Both the position numbers and the translations under genes were made by a program. A stretch of DNA of 55,434 bases, the filler included, from Sphacelaria rigidula (lineage: Eukaryota), in the NCBI GenBank assembly GCA_964200075.2. It is 4 parts of 4 records of this genome, joined end to end, with 100 filler letters (N's around TTAATTAATTAA, not from the genome) between each part and the next. Parts side by side here need not be neighbours in the genome. Positions count along the whole stretch, not along the records: positions 13,890 to 27,675 come from CAXNAA020002669.1; positions 27,776 to 41,555 come from CAXNAA020002670.1; 2 more parts are not named here. One strand, given 5' to 3'. Below the pieces are notes generated by a model. The model was not told the origin of the DNA and made no database searches. It was given only the letters and a program-made list of their open reading frames with translations. This document shows positions 25,880 through 40,300 of the stretch, piece by piece; the first letter of the stretch is position 1, and each line of letters opens with the position of its first letter.

Positions 25880-26440
25880 GTCCTGTAGGGTACGGTTTTC
25901 TATATACCCGGGATATTTTGCCGAGTATTTACCGTACCCGACAGTCCTGTGACTTCTGTAAGACTTTCATACTGGTACCCGATAGTTCTGTAATATCTGT
26001 AAAACTTTCATACCCTTACCCGATTGTTCTGTAATCTCTGTGAGACTCCCGTACCGTTACCGGGGGGCACGGGTACGCTCTTGGTAACATATATAATTGC
26101 GTGAACGGTTTTTTGTGCAACCTCCATACCCTACCCGAATCTTTCTGGGACTTCTGTAAGCCTCCCATACCCTTACCCGACAGTTCTGTGAGTTTTGTAC
26201 AGAATGTTTTTACCCCTACCCGGAGCGCCGGCATGCTCTTGAAGAAATACCCGATTGCCGGTACCGGTTCTCCGTGAGTCTCCCATACCGTACCCGACAG
26301 GTTCTGTAATTTATGTGAGACTTTCATTCAGTAACGGTACTCGACAGTTCTCTGAGCTCTCTAACGTCCTGTATCCCTACCCGGAGTTAGGGTATACCGT
26401 TATAGATGTACCAGATTGCAGGTATGAGCACAGGTATATA
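25880..26440. repeat. TACCCGACAGTTCTGT subrepeat element, copy 2
   Basis: Same 5' end (ctgtagggtacggttttctatatacccgg) and internal units as 51265-51843. Confidence 0.75.
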
Positions 26441-27390
26441 GGGCCTTGCTATTTATGTCAACGTTGACGTACTCTGTTACATCCGTCAACGTCCAGCATC
26501 CGTCCCACAAGCCCCGCATGGACACAGCAACACATGGAAAACACTCATACAGTCTCTAGCTATCGTTCAAGCCATCGCACGGAGCAAACGGACCCGTAGC
26601 GGATGAGATACGTGCTTAGCTGTCACAACGTTGTGCTACACACGATGCCCTGACAACAGATGAATGATCGAAAAGGCCGCAAGCTTCGAATAGGCAAGCC
26701 CGGGCGCCGGTCGACATAACATGAAGTTGTTACCGTGAAAGCTGAGGTCATGGGCTGGATATAGGCAGCGGGAAGACTTGATTCGTATCCGTACTTTTCA
26801 CAGCGGCAGCTTTGTAGACTAAATGTGAGCCCGACACCGCGGCAAGCGGGGGGCACTGCTGGCTCATATTAGCATGTGATTTGTTCTTGCTGCTTGGTGT
26901 AGCTTATAGCCAGCGAGGCAATGTGAGCACAGAATTCGTAAGTGACAGATACAGGGGCTACTCACGCGTGGTTTGGCCTATACTGTGTTCCTTGACACAT
27001 GATCCATAAAGAGGGACAGCAGGACACGACTGATGAAGTCGATCAAAGGACACGGATGAGCCGATCATGTTGATGTAGAAGAGTAGTATTACATAGCTTG
27101 ACTAAGCAAGCTAAGGAAGGAAAAAGAAGGAAGAGAAGGAAGAGAAGGAAGTGATTGAGTGTGGCTACCTCAACACTATGACAAGTAGAACTTCCCAGCC
27201 AGACATCACGTACGTAAGTACAAGATATACGCCTACTATAGTATCAAATCCCACCGCGTGTAACTGACACTGTCGAGTAAAGACAGATACAGAGGCGGTC
27301 ACCACTTAAGAATACCTTATTTTGAGCGAGGCTCAGTTCTTGTTGGCTGCTCCAACCCGAGCACAAGTTCTTATTCTCCATGTTCTTATT

Positions 27391-27555
27391 TGTGTGTGAA
27401 AAAGAGAGGTACCTACGCAAGGTAGTGTACTAAAGTCCGTATCAATCTTCCCGATTGATTCGAGGTCCCAAGGCCTCGAGCCAGAGAGCACAGGTGCGGT
27501 AATCATTAGAGTTCAGTACACTACCTTGCGTAGGTACCTCTCTTTTTCACACACA
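27391..27555. mobile_element. 165-bp MITE with 41-bp perfect TIRs, nested in a second TIR element (27303-27675)
   Basis: TGTGTGTGAAAAAGAGAGGTACCTACGCAAGGTAGTGTACT and its exact reverse complement; the outer element is bounded by CACTTAAGAATAC / GTATTCTTAAGTG. Confidence 0.82.
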
Positions 27556-27675
27556 CCTCATGTGCGGGTTCTTGTTCTTAACCCCAGGTCCAATTTGAGC
27601 ACGTGTTCTTATGAGCAAGTTCTTAATATTTCAAATTTTTGAGGCTCAAATTCTTAAGTGCCGTATTCTTAAGTG

Positions 27676-27775
27676 NNNNNNNNNNNNNNNNNNNNNNNNN
27701 NNNNNNNNNNNNNNNNNNNTTAATTAATTAANNNNNNNNNNNNNNNNNNNNNNNNNNNNNNNNNNNNNNNNNNNN
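27676..27775. other. Artificial contig spacer
   Basis: Same linker. Confidence 0.98.
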
Positions 27776-28906
27776 TTTATGACGTTTAACCTAGTGAGCG
27801 GCTGTGACAGGGGTAAGTTCGGAGGAGCTCTGAGTGTGGCATGTCGGTAGCAGGGTGAGGCTGGATGTGTGCGTGCGTAGAGCCGGCGGGTGACGGATGA
27901 GGTTTAAGGTGTGTTTGAGATGTATCTGTACTCATCACGTCGAACATGGCGCGCTTTGAAGAAATGGGAGTGTCCAGTACCTCTGCGATCGTGAATGCTT
28001 TTCACAGTCTGACTAGGGTGTACACGGCGTAAAGAACACGCAGTTAACGAGCGTTGGTGAGAACTGTGTAATGCAGTACTGTACAGATGAGACCGTTGAT
28101 GGGAAAAAACACGTCTCTGGGGGCTACCGCCGCCAACAGGTCCCCGCGGGTCCGGTGGCAATACAAATCACCGCTGAAGACGTCTTTTTAGCCGCCGAAG
28201 ATCTCTTTTGTCCAGCAGCGGTCTCAGTTGTTGTGCACTTCGGATGTTGTATCAATCAAGACACCCTACATCAGACACGTCGGGCGATACTGTACTCCGC
28301 CGTTGGTTGCAAAGCTTCCATTTGACGTTATTCACCCCGTCTCTAAGTCTGCGTGCACTGTCCAGAACGATTTGGTGCTGTGAGTTGCAGCACGTGACCA
28401 ACAACACACACATATTTGTGAACAATCCGACGATAACCGGGCAGGGCAAACCTGGCAACTTTGTTCACTGTACCGTAGTATTGGAGTGGTGACTCGATCG
28501 CGCTGTTTTGAGCTTAGTACTTGCGTAAAACAGAGCGTAGGGAAGAATAGCTGTTGCTGTACTTATCGCAGTGGCATGTACTAGGACAAATATCGCTTCG
28601 CCCACGAAAATTTCTCTTCTTCAAGTTCAACAAATCCTCAAAATCGTTGCTCTTGTTGACAAACATCCTGGATACTAGCACTCACACACACTCACACATA
28701 CCCGTCTTGCTTCATGCTACCGTTCACTAGAAAACTGTACCCCGCCACTCAATCACTCAATGAAATGACGACAGCAGCAACAACCAACGAGCACACGATG
28801 AGCTAGCTGAGAGGCTCGTGTGACCTTGGCCCATCCACTCAGTGAATGAAAAACACGTCAATGACAACGAAAAGTCGTATCGAGCTGATCCTCGATGATC
28901 TAGTAC

Positions 28907-28993
28907 CTCAACAAACTCGCCGTCCTCCCACAGTCCAGTTCGAACTTCGTCCTGGGTCTCTCCAAGCTCCGGAATGTGCACGGGTGTGCGCAG
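28907..28993 (-). CDS. MORN gene exon h: [29 protein letters not shown]
   Basis: catag acceptor, gtacta donor, phase 0/0; G-x-W-x-DG resembles a terminal MORN half-repeat. Confidence 0.75.
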
Positions 28994-31900
28994 CTATGCA
29001 ATACGCGAAACAACAGCCCGAGAGAGAGACAGAGAGGGACAGAGAGACAGAGAGACAGACACAGACAAAGAGACAGACACAGACAAAGAGACAGACACAG
29101 ACACAGACACAGACACAGACACAGACACAGACACAGACACAGACACAGACACAGACACAGACACAGACACAGACAAATACAAAGAGACAGACACAGACAG
29201 ACAGACAGAGAGGGGGGGAAGGGGGGAATCGGAGGGCGTTATGTTCGCAACACAAGGCACTAGACAGACTCGCACGTCCAGCGTCTTATTGCCGTTGACG
29301 TCAAAACAAGGCGTGTCCACTTTCCGACAGGGATGAGTGCCAGGGTTGAGGAGAGGACGCATGTCGACGCACAGGAACAATGCGGGTGATGCTGTACGTA
29401 ATGTCTCGTGCGCTGATCGTTCGGTAGAATGGGACAAACATCGATTCCCCGTCACTGCGATGACTTTTCTCCATCTTGCTGTCTTTGTCAACACACACCC
29501 GATTGGGGACGGACAGCCCAAATGTTAACGAGGAAATCGTCCGATAATGCTGGATAGCGGAGGTATGTTTCATGCACGGGTCGTGGCTCCTCACAAGGGG
29601 GGGCAGGGGGGGTTGTTAATCATGGGGCGGGGAGGGGGGGGGAGGGGGCGCAGTCATTTGTTGCTTGTCTCAGTCGTGTGACCATTAACCATTTAACCCT
29701 TTCGAGACCGAGCACCGTTCCTACCCCTAACAGAGACACCTCCAACATTTGGGCGTTCATCATGTTTTTTCCGTGTATTACGCAAAACCTTAAACACATC
29801 TTATCCCCGTTCAGTGGCGGGGAGGGGGCAGGGAGGGACATATTTAATGGCGTTATCCACTTCCGTGTGTGCATCGTAATCGCGAGAGTTATCTGCCCGT
29901 GTGTGACAGCGATGCAGTTCGCGCCGAAATCGATATGATTGGGCTACTACCCGCGCTTTGCACTTCCTCCCAGAAAACCAGTCTGTACTAAGAGACGACA
30001 GGAGAGCACGAAACAGAAGGGGGGGGGGGGCGAACCCTACAAGTGTATCACTTTCTTGCCGCACAATGAAAAATGTTTCCAGCAAGATGCAGACACATAT
30101 ACACACGCAGTGATTGACAACAGGAGAAACAATCCGCCAGCGAGAGAAACAGACCCGCGCTCACCTCGACACTCTCCGATGATAGAGCCAGCGCTACAAC
30201 TCCGAAACCAAGATGAGTCCACGATTAGGCGATTCAAACCACGGTAGAACCCACTCGAGGGTTCACAAAATAAATACCACGCATGATGAGACGAAAACAT
30301 CATGGCGGGAAAAAAAAAAAAAAATCACGAAGCAACAGGAAAAGCAAGAAAGACCACGGGGAAAACAATCTTTCAGCGCTTAAAAACCAAAAGGTTGCAA
30401 CACCTCGAACTCTCCGTGTCGCCTATCATTTTCCCAAGTGCCAATGATTCGCCCTCCGCTCTCGTCCTCCAGGACACCCTTGCCGGACCGCTGTCCAGCT
30501 TCCAACTGCCCAGTGTAGGAAGATCCGTTGCTGTATCGTATAAGCCCTTGGCCGTGAGGTTTACCCTGGAGGAAATTGCCGTAGAAGGCTTCCTGTTGTT
30601 TTCAAACAACAGTGAGGGGCATGGATTCAGGAAAGAGAGGCAGGGGGGAATGAATTTGTATTCACCACGGTTGCCGTATGTAGTGAAGGGGAGGATGAGC
30701 TGCGGACGGGGACGGGGGGGCGGGGGGTGTACTCATGATCTTGCACGCCGTAGTCATAAGATCATTGATCTCGCATCCGGAGGGGAAACGGGAGGGGGGA
30801 GAGGGGAGGGAGGCGTCTTGTGGTTCCGGTCTTCATCGCCAGGAAGGAGGGTAGATATGATGGTGAATCGTACGTTGAATCGTGCTTACCTGCAAAAACA
30901 TACATTACGAATGTCCTAAGGAGCATGCCGTCCAGGCTGGGCCCTTTGCGGTGGCATACAAAACTGCTTTGAGTTTCTCTACCTTTGCCAGCAGATCAGC
31001 CATCCATGGTGCATACGACAATGGAAGTATAAATATTCAAAAGCAATTCTTTGGTAACTCGATTTGGGAAACATTCTCTCTCTCCGTCAGTCGTTAACCT
31101 CACTTGCGCTTTGATGACATAGGAATTACCCTTTTGCGACTTTTTATCATGAGGGAACAACATTGCACAGTTGGTGGTAGTATACAGCTTTTTCTCTTTT
31201 ATTTTTATTTTATCGCGAAAACCTCCGATATGGGTTTCTATTTAAACTCACTTACCCTCATTGCGGTCACGTAAAGGCCCTTGCCCTCCCGATTGCCATT
31301 TTTAGCCTGTCCTGCGTACATTGATCCGTCGGGCCATCTCCAAACTCCCTCTCCGTGCATGGCGCCGTGATCGAACTCTCCTGCAAGGGTAGGGCAAACG
31401 CAGGAACAGAGGGGGGGGGAATACAACGCTTCAGAAGTACAGTAAGCCGCGCGGTATAATATTCGGAGTACTTGAACTTTGGAGGTGCAGCAGTAGTGTA
31501 TAGATGGAGTCATGCGCACCGGAAAAATCGGATAGATAGACAGGACCTTGTTTTTGCGAGCAAATTGGCAGCTCATATCGTTATGTCATCAGGGATCAAA
31601 ATCGTCTGTGTTTTTTGTTGTCTACAAGGCATATGCATGCGGGCTTTGAAGCCACTATACTCCCGCATGAACGTCCAATAGGGCAGATGGCATCAATCAA
31701 ATGAGAAGAGTACGAGCGTGTGTCTGGCTGGTTGGCTGCCTGCCTACTTTCCATGACAGAAAGGACTTTGCGTGCTAGCTCAGTTCATGATATTCTAAAT
31801 CGTTCGTTCTATTCATTGCGCTACAATCACCGTTTAGGGCGACCACCGCGATATTTTTCTGACCAGAAAAAGCCCGCAAGCAAGCATTCTGCCAATCCGA

Positions 31901-34257
31901 TTTGGCTCCATGTACTTCTCGCCGAGGTGCGCATATAACTTGCAGGAGGGTAAGGTTCGCCGACCGTGACTTAGTCAGCAAATTTATGTCAAGACCATGT
32001 ATATAAATCACAGAAGTATCGCACACAGCATAGATCGTGCTAAACGATCCATAGGTGACAGAGGATGCCCCCCCACGAATTAAGAAACGCCCCACCCCCG
32101 ATCTATCTAAAAACAAAGTCCCTGCACTGCGGTAGACTTCCGGTCAACGGGATACCTCGATGAGATATTCCTACCGACACAACGCTTGGCGACGGGGTCC
32201 GCCGCGCGTTTGCAAGTAAAAAACAGCTCGAGATTTGTCATCGCCCAGAGCGATACACTCTGGATCATGACCTACGGTACTGTTACGAGTACACAATGAT
32301 CGTACCAGATCCCCAAGATCCTAAAGCTGCTGGATGACGAAAAAACGCCGCTCTGTTATACCGTCCACCATTAGACCTGTGGTTATTATAAGGACAAACC
32401 TGCGTGCACACAAGTCTGCAGATTTTACGCTTATACCAGCTAGTAGACTCGGTTTGGAGTTCTGAGACTTGGACCAGAGTCCTTAGGGGAAAGTGTTTTC
32501 GGCTCGGTGGGACGAGGCCAGACTCATTACCCCATTTTCCGGACGTTGAGGTTTGACGTATCATCGTGTCGCGCAGAGTTGTGCAGTTGTAAACATATGG
32601 AAGGGTTGCAACATTCGTTTTCTGCGTATACATATTTGATGCGGCACAACTACGCGCAACATGGTGATATATCAGACGTCGACGTCCGAAAACATCGGAA
32701 AATTGGTTCGGTTGCATCGCACTGAGCCGAAGAACTTTTCCCAAGGGGGTTCGGTGCAGAAACCGAATCTATGGACCAAAATTACCCGTAAAGAAGACCA
32801 GATTCGGCAGATTTTTGTGCACGCAGATCCGTTCCCCAGTAATAACTGGTCATACCATCCCCTACCGTACTAAAAAATTAGGTACACAAAGTATGTTATG
32901 TTGGCGTGCACGATAGCCAACATGCAACCGGAAACGAAAAAATCGAATGAGGTGTGCGAGGCCTAGTCTATGTGTTGGGCTACTTCGAAATAGTACTCTG
33001 ACCAACGACGGCTTCCATCAGACATGGACGAACTCAAAGTCACGACAGCATTGCGCTTTCTGCCGCTCTGGACACGAAAGGATAAGGCACGTTGTATGTT
33101 CACCGTGCAGATTCGCGTACGCTAATGGTCTTCCTTCACATGCTAACGACATGCCGAAGATGATCGTCGTAGTTCCACCAGACGGACATTTTACCGTGCT
33201 TGAAATGTGCTACGCACTTTTTTTCTCCCTGAAGACTTCATTCGACCTTCGCATTTCGTGTATGAAATCCGCAAACCGAATACCTTGAAACTTTCATATG
33301 ATACATATAACTATCTACAGGTAAACATCGACAACGTCAACGCGCGGCCATCAGGTAAGACGGCACTCCGAAGTATATTTTCATTATGTAGTCCTGCATC
33401 AGGCAGGCGGCAACTTGGTGCGGTGTATTTTGTTCGTATCATCATTTTCGTGCACACATACAGCTCGCCTTCGTAGGATGCACCGTCCGGAGCGACAAGC
33501 ATCCCGAAGCCTTGGCGTTGACCCCGGTACCAGCCGCCGCAGTACTCTGTGCCATCCGCGTAGTGATACTCTCCCATCCCGTGCTTCTGCTCGTCCAGCA
33601 TGTCTCCCTCGTAAACCTTTGCACGCGCAGTACGTAGCGTGAAGTCATTCGATTCCACCTTCCAGGAACCAATGAGTACAGTAGCCGCTAGTACGCTGCT
33701 CAAGGGGTATGTTGAAAATGTTCTACCGCTTTGTACTGTCGGCGCTCTGGTATTGACCCACCAGCCCGGTGGGGATTTCGCGACGTGCCTCCACCACAGG
33801 AGCACCTCCTCCGCCGTTCAGACGCAGTATCTATTCCATCGGTGAGCCAAAGAAATACTTGTTGACACCCAGAGAGCCCCATACGACTTCATTCGAGGCT
33901 AGTCTAGAGACTCCGATTTCTATAGGAAGTAGTTTTTCTTCATTGTTTCGGTGTTTGCAGAGCTCAAGTACGGGTGTTTTGTTTTTCGAACGGCGTGGTG
34001 ATACGTACCGCCACCTACAGTACATATATGGACAATATATCCGCCAAGGTACGCACTTTTGTGACAGAAAAAAAACAGTCGTTTTTGTTTGTTTCAATCG
34101 AATCGGGTAAGTTGGGATTTCGATGGCTTCAAGGAAACGCTGTTGTTGTATCGTCTGTGATTCCACCTCTTCTTTTTTGTAACAAGTGAAAAATGCCACA
34201 ACCATCGTAGCCGAAATACGACACCAAAACTATTGTTGTTGTTCTTGTTGTTATTGC

Positions 34258-34327
<70 letters not shown>

Positions 34328-37300
34328 GGGTGTACTGCATGTACACCAGACGCTCGCTTAAGAGCTGTTTTTTGGATGGGTGCATGTACTGCATACTTTA
34401 CGGGGTCGTACTCATTTTTTGGTTGCATTAGTCATTTGACCATTGAACACGCATCCCTTTCGAGACGGACGGCATACTGCATACAGTACGGGGGAAACGG
34501 CTCGGCAAGATGAACCGCATAACGTGTGATCCGCCCCCTTGAAAACCTTGCGCGACATCTGCCTAAACGTAGTAGAAGGCACGCCTAGCCACGGACTATA
34601 GATTACACACGAAGGGCTATCATGGACGTAGGGGCGCCAGTTTGATACACGTTTGATCTGTCAAATTGAAATCATGCCCGTCAAGGACGGTACTACCCTG
34701 TACTACTGCCAAGTACTGTGCTGAAGCTACAGTGCGTTCTTTTTAAGGAAATGTGGGTTGTCAAAAAAGATGGTAATGGTACAGGGTTGGGATGGAATTA
34801 TACTGTGCGTTGTGACATGTATGATACATTTGTTCGTTATCATGTCTTGAAATGGAAAATAAATGACTCGTGTGTGTACTGGCAGTACTTCACCTACCCA
34901 CACAACGAAAAACGCCGCAGAACAAGGCATCATTCTAAGCGGCCGGGAACACGATACGGCATCACAGGTAGGTGACCGCAAATTTTGAGACATGTGAATG
35001 GCCGGACCGGCCGAACTAGAAATACTCAGTAGTTAGCTAGGAATGCTATAATAGCCAGACATTTCCTGTGGTAATACTTTTGTACATATTTCACGATTTT
35101 TGTTGTATTCAAATTAGTATTCGCAGAAACACTGGAGTTCTTCGGGTCTGCAGCTAACGGTGTAGTGGGAATTCCGCCATAGTACGGTCCCGGCAAACTG
35201 CGATGCCCCACACCGATAGCGCAGGACCCAATCGTAGTGCGGCCTGGTCCGGCTTGTCATCGCACTAATGATTGAACCCTCATATCTCATCCCCACTGTT
35301 GTTGCTACACGGGAATTGCATATATACGTATACATATATGTATATATGTGCGGTATGGGCAATAACCCTTTCAAACGGTTGAAGCGTTACCTCGCCGGCG
35401 GGGGACGTGACGCGGTAATATCCTGTGACGCAATCCTTGTCGAAGTGGTTGTCGACCAAGGGGCCCTCGTACACCCACCCGCCATCGGTGATCCACTTGC
35501 CCCAGTGACCCGGATCGCGTACCTCTGCACGCGCGCACACACACACAGTTTCAGGCTATGAGTGAAAGGCACCGAAAAAGCACCCGAACGTTATAGATTT
35601 TTCGTTGTTGGGCGTACACCCTGACACGCTGGGTGTGCTGAACGTGTGTGCGCTAATTTGACTCCGTAGACCCACGAGAAACCTCGTGGACTTTGGAACA
35701 GAACACACGGTATTGATCTAAGTTTGATACCTCGCAAGCACAACAGGTGACCGGGTGCAGGACCATGCGTGCACGCGCATTTCCATCTTGCAAGATTTTT
35801 TCGAACCGTCGGGAGCGATCTATTTTTGTGGTCCATTCGCGACCTTCTATTGTACAGCTTGGCGTCCCTCCTTGCAGTACAACAGAGACATGTGCGGGTA
35901 TAGCATTCACGAAGGAAACGATTCGCTTTGCCTCCTATTCTCCCCGCTCCCCCCCCGCCGCCATCCCCATGATGGTGGTCGAGTTTGATCATATTGTGCG
36001 GGGTGGAGAACCTAAACTCTGCGCCAAGGGGATGATCGCACTATATAGTGTCTAGATGTTGAGGAAGCGATGAGGAAGTGTAACCTACAGCTGTCTCTGA
36101 AAGTGGTGATATCAGAAAATAAAGCAGCTCATTCAAGGTTGCCATCCACATACAAGATCGTCAATACGTTTCGGGTCGAACAATCTTGGCAAAATGCAGA
36201 TCATCCCTCATGCGACTCGCCGAAGACATCACGGAGCTTCGCGCTTGGTGGTTTGAGTGCAAGTCTGGTCCGGCGGAAACCCGGCGTGCTACGTCCCGGC
36301 TCTGTAGGGATGCGAGGCCAATGATCTTGTGACTTGTGGCGGTTTAAGAGACAACTGACTAGACTACTGACCAGTCAGCGCTGACTGGGTCAGTAGTCTA
36401 GTTGGTTGTCTCTTAAACCGCCACAAAAGTTAGTCGCTGGTTCGATTCCCGTCGAACGTCACAGACTACGGCATACAAGATCATGACTACACCCCCCCTC
36501 GCCCCCCTTCCCGCTGCACGCAAGCAGCTTGCCATGAGCAGCACTTTCAGAGGGCTAGTCTCAAATGCCACTGCAGTATAACCAACGACGCCCTTAAGAT
36601 GTAACAGGGCATCGCGGCAGAGGCATTGCAGCGGGGTTGCCAGCACGACCAGCTTCTAAAAACGTACCGTGATAGCGGGTCGGGCTTTCCGGCAAGCGAT
36701 CTTAACCACGCTGTGGGAGGGGCAGCGCACTAGACGGGGTCGCAGGGTGTGATTGGATTCCCACTGTACTACAACGAACTTCTCCAGCTGTGCTCACCGG
36801 GGGGAACGCTTCCTTTCCAGTTCAAACATCCCTCCGGAACGTACGGGCCGTCGTACACGGCTCCGTCGTGGTACTTGATCAACACGTCGCCACCTAGGTT
36901 GGTTTTAAAATCCAGCGGGAAACCAATGGCAAGGCACAGAGTTGTTGGGGCGTGGCGCCTGAAGTAGAACGTTGCTACATGAGATTTTTCAACTGCGACC
37001 AACAAAGCACGAAGCACGTACAACAGGAAACCCAGACAGTGTGAAGCCCGACGCGCCCGGCCGGGGTGGCTGGGTCACTCCTTACGAGTGAACACTCAAA
37101 GTGCGGAAGCTCCAACACGAAGCAGATAGATCGTTGAGGAGGACTAACTATTTTCTGTATTGTTCTTGTCGTTATCTTCACTCTTCGAAATTCTAGGTCT
37201 TGTGTCTTTCGAACATCCGCAACGACATGATATACTTACTGGCCCCATCCTAAAAAAGCAAGACCTACATACCCGACTGTATCTACAATCCGGGGACGGA

Positions 37301-40300
37301 GGCGTACTTTTGCGTTTTGAGCTCACGTCAGGTTCGAATTTCTCCCAAGTTCATATCTTCCTGTGTGGGCTTTTATTAAATACACTGACTTGTTCAAGTC
37401 TAGAGCTGTAATATTCTTGTATTCGTGTCTGCCGGCGGTAATACCGAATGGAGGTAGTTATCCAGCCCGGACTAAACGCACGTAGATGCACTGCAATCAA
37501 GACTAGTTGAGGACATGAAGTTAACCCATGGAGTCTCCCGGTTCTAAGCACAAGTAGTATACACCGCAATCTAAAACAGTCCAGGACACAAAGCCAACTC
37601 ATGTGATTCTTCGGTAATCTGAAGTCGAGTGCATTGCTTTGCTCTCGGTTGTGTGGAGAATATGACGTGTTTTTAGTGAACGAGGAAGTTGTTTTGATGA
37701 TAATCTATCCCGCAGGCAGTAGTTAACCGGCCCAATCATACTGCGTTCTCAAAGTACGTAACATTTTAGTTTGTCGGCAAAACCGTCAGGTAATGATTGT
37801 TGCTGGCACTACTATTGGGCCCGTGGCAAGCGAACCCAGATATCATATTATTTCAATGCTTCATCCCAGAGTATGATGTTCGCCAAACGTATAAAATGCC
37901 ATATACCTGTCCCCCGGCATTGGTGCAGGATAACACGCATATCCAACACCGTCTTTGAGGACGTTGCTACAAGGGCGCGCGTTTTTGTAAATTGCGACAC
38001 ATTGGCAAGGGGTTTCCGCGACGCTGTTTAAGCATACATTCACAACAATTAGGTTCTTACTCGGGTATCCCTGCCACCCTTCCCCGAGGTATCCCCCCGG
38101 TACACGTGTATGGCTTACCAAGCTTGCCGTGGAGGAACCATCCGAAGGCCCAGGCGTATTTGGGCCAGTACCGCCGCCGCAATATCGCCTTCGGGTTGTA
38201 CGACATCGCAACCTTGTTTTATCATTGCAAACATGAAATCCAACAGGGTTCGACGAACATTTTGGTATATAGTTCGCAGTGACTTTTTACGCAGCCAACG
38301 TGTCCAGTGCGCATGGCCCGCCATCCAAGACGTGAAGCCCTTCTCTGTACACACAACAGACTGCAAGACATGATGAGTGGGATGAGGTAAAGTGCCACAG
38401 ATGGAGTGAAGTTTATTAACCATAGGACGGCAGCCGTAGCAATCGGCAGTAGGGGGAAGACATGACGGTGTGGATGCTATGACATGGAAGGGAAGAATTC
38501 CCGCAAGTGTCGATCGAGGACAACCACATTTTCACATTGGCGACACCACGAGATAACTCTGTACGTTTCATGAACAAAACGTCCCGGGCTCGAATCCCGA
38601 GTCCCATCGACCCGACAAAAGGAAACGAAAAATCCTTGAAATCAACCGGTACACTGGAGAAGTGAAAAACTTGTGGGAGAGGCGAAAAGTGGTGAGTGAC
38701 AAGTAAGCACAGCTGACACACCCTCAAGAAAGTCTTCTGCACATGAGGCGATTGTGAGCTTGGCAACCCAACACAACGCGAACAGGATTTACAGAAAGGT
38801 GCACGGCTAGCTATCCACACCGCTAGCCGGCGAATATTTTTTAACTCTTCATAACTGATTTCCGCCAAAGAACGCATCAAGAGGCTTATGTCGGGGGGGC
38901 GGAGTGATATGGATACTACTAGAGCTCGGAAATGATACCAGTTATAACTGGCCATTATTATCATTATGGTAATAATGGTCAAGGTTGTATGAAAACTTTT
39001 AATAATGGTTTCAAACGAATATTTCCAGTTTCCGGTTTTGCCCTTGAAAATTGATCCAAATGTAACGTAATGCTTGGCTCTAGTGAAGCCAAATCGCATA
39101 AAAACGTGCCTCCGCCACGCCGCCTCCAGCGGGGCCCAGCGGGGGCGCCTCGGGCGGGTCCCCCTCTGCCGGGGAGAAGCTTTGGGCTTTCAGCTTCGCC
39201 GCTCGATGATCAAACCATTGTGTACCATTATACTGCTTTATGGATGCGCTACGCGTAACTGGTTAACTGGCTATAGGTGCTAGACAAACCATTTCCGAGC
39301 TCTACATACTACAGTATGTGACAGGAAAACAAAACTCAAGTGTCTGTCGAGGACATTCACCTTCTGACACATCGATGAGCTACCCCGGATATGACTTCTT
39401 ATTAGCGTACTGGTCCCGATCATGAGCTGGCTCATTCGACCCGTTTCCCATTCATTTACTCCCTGCAGAGCTGGACGCCCGAGCATCGGAGTCGCGAAAC
39501 GATAGCGCTTTGGCTTCTCGGACCCCGCGGTCGCGTATTGCTTTTATGGTTTCGGACAAGGGATCGTAGAGGTCTTGCTGACTAGTTATTTCAGGCAGTT
39601 CATGAGGTGTCCAACGTGTGTACCTTTTCACAACAACGCTCGCGTCTCGAGGAGCTGACGACCATCACCCATCCCGCCTAGTAAGAAAGTCTTCCAGAAA
39701 TCGTACGGAACCACTCAGGAATAGAAGCAAAACAAAGCAGCAATGGGAAAAAAAATACGCTTGTCACGAACCCGTCCTCCTACTTCATCTGAAAACAACT
39801 CACACCGCAGCTCTGCTACTGTTGTAGTAGTAGTCAGGGAACAAAACAAGGGCATCATCTGAGCCGCTGCGGGCGACTCAAAGCCCGCGCTTGCGGTAGA
39901 GAACGAGGCGATCGAAGCACAGCGCGAGTGAACCATGACCTTGACGCCGCAAGTTCTGTTCGCCTCAGGCTATGCCTTGCAACGATTGAATTGATCTGGT
40001 TGAATTGTCGAGGTATGGAATATTCAACAGCGGTTTCGGCCTCAAAACAAGAAACAACAAATGCAGCCTTTCTGAGACTCGTCTATCCCCCTCTACGATT
40101 CGGTGCGCTCCTAGGTTTGGCAAGCGTCCTATGATCAGAACCCACCAGAAAACGAAAGAAGTGTGAAGAACACGTCGGAAATTTTATCACTATCAAGGGC
40201 ACGATGTTTTTTTTTTTTAATTTCATTGCCGATCGGAGTTTATAGGAAAATGACCGCCACCGAATTTTCAAAGCCTCGCAAAAAGGAAAAGTGGGCTGGG

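Noticed and set aside
27068-27175. Short TGTTGA...TCAACA segment as a solo copia LTR
   Set aside because: No matching target-site duplication, PBS or PPT, and no second copy in the window.
28846-29521. ORFs with TQ, TD, HR, VC and SV runs (also poly-I at 11.5 kb and poly-C/T at 34.2 kb)
   Set aside because: Translations of microsatellites.
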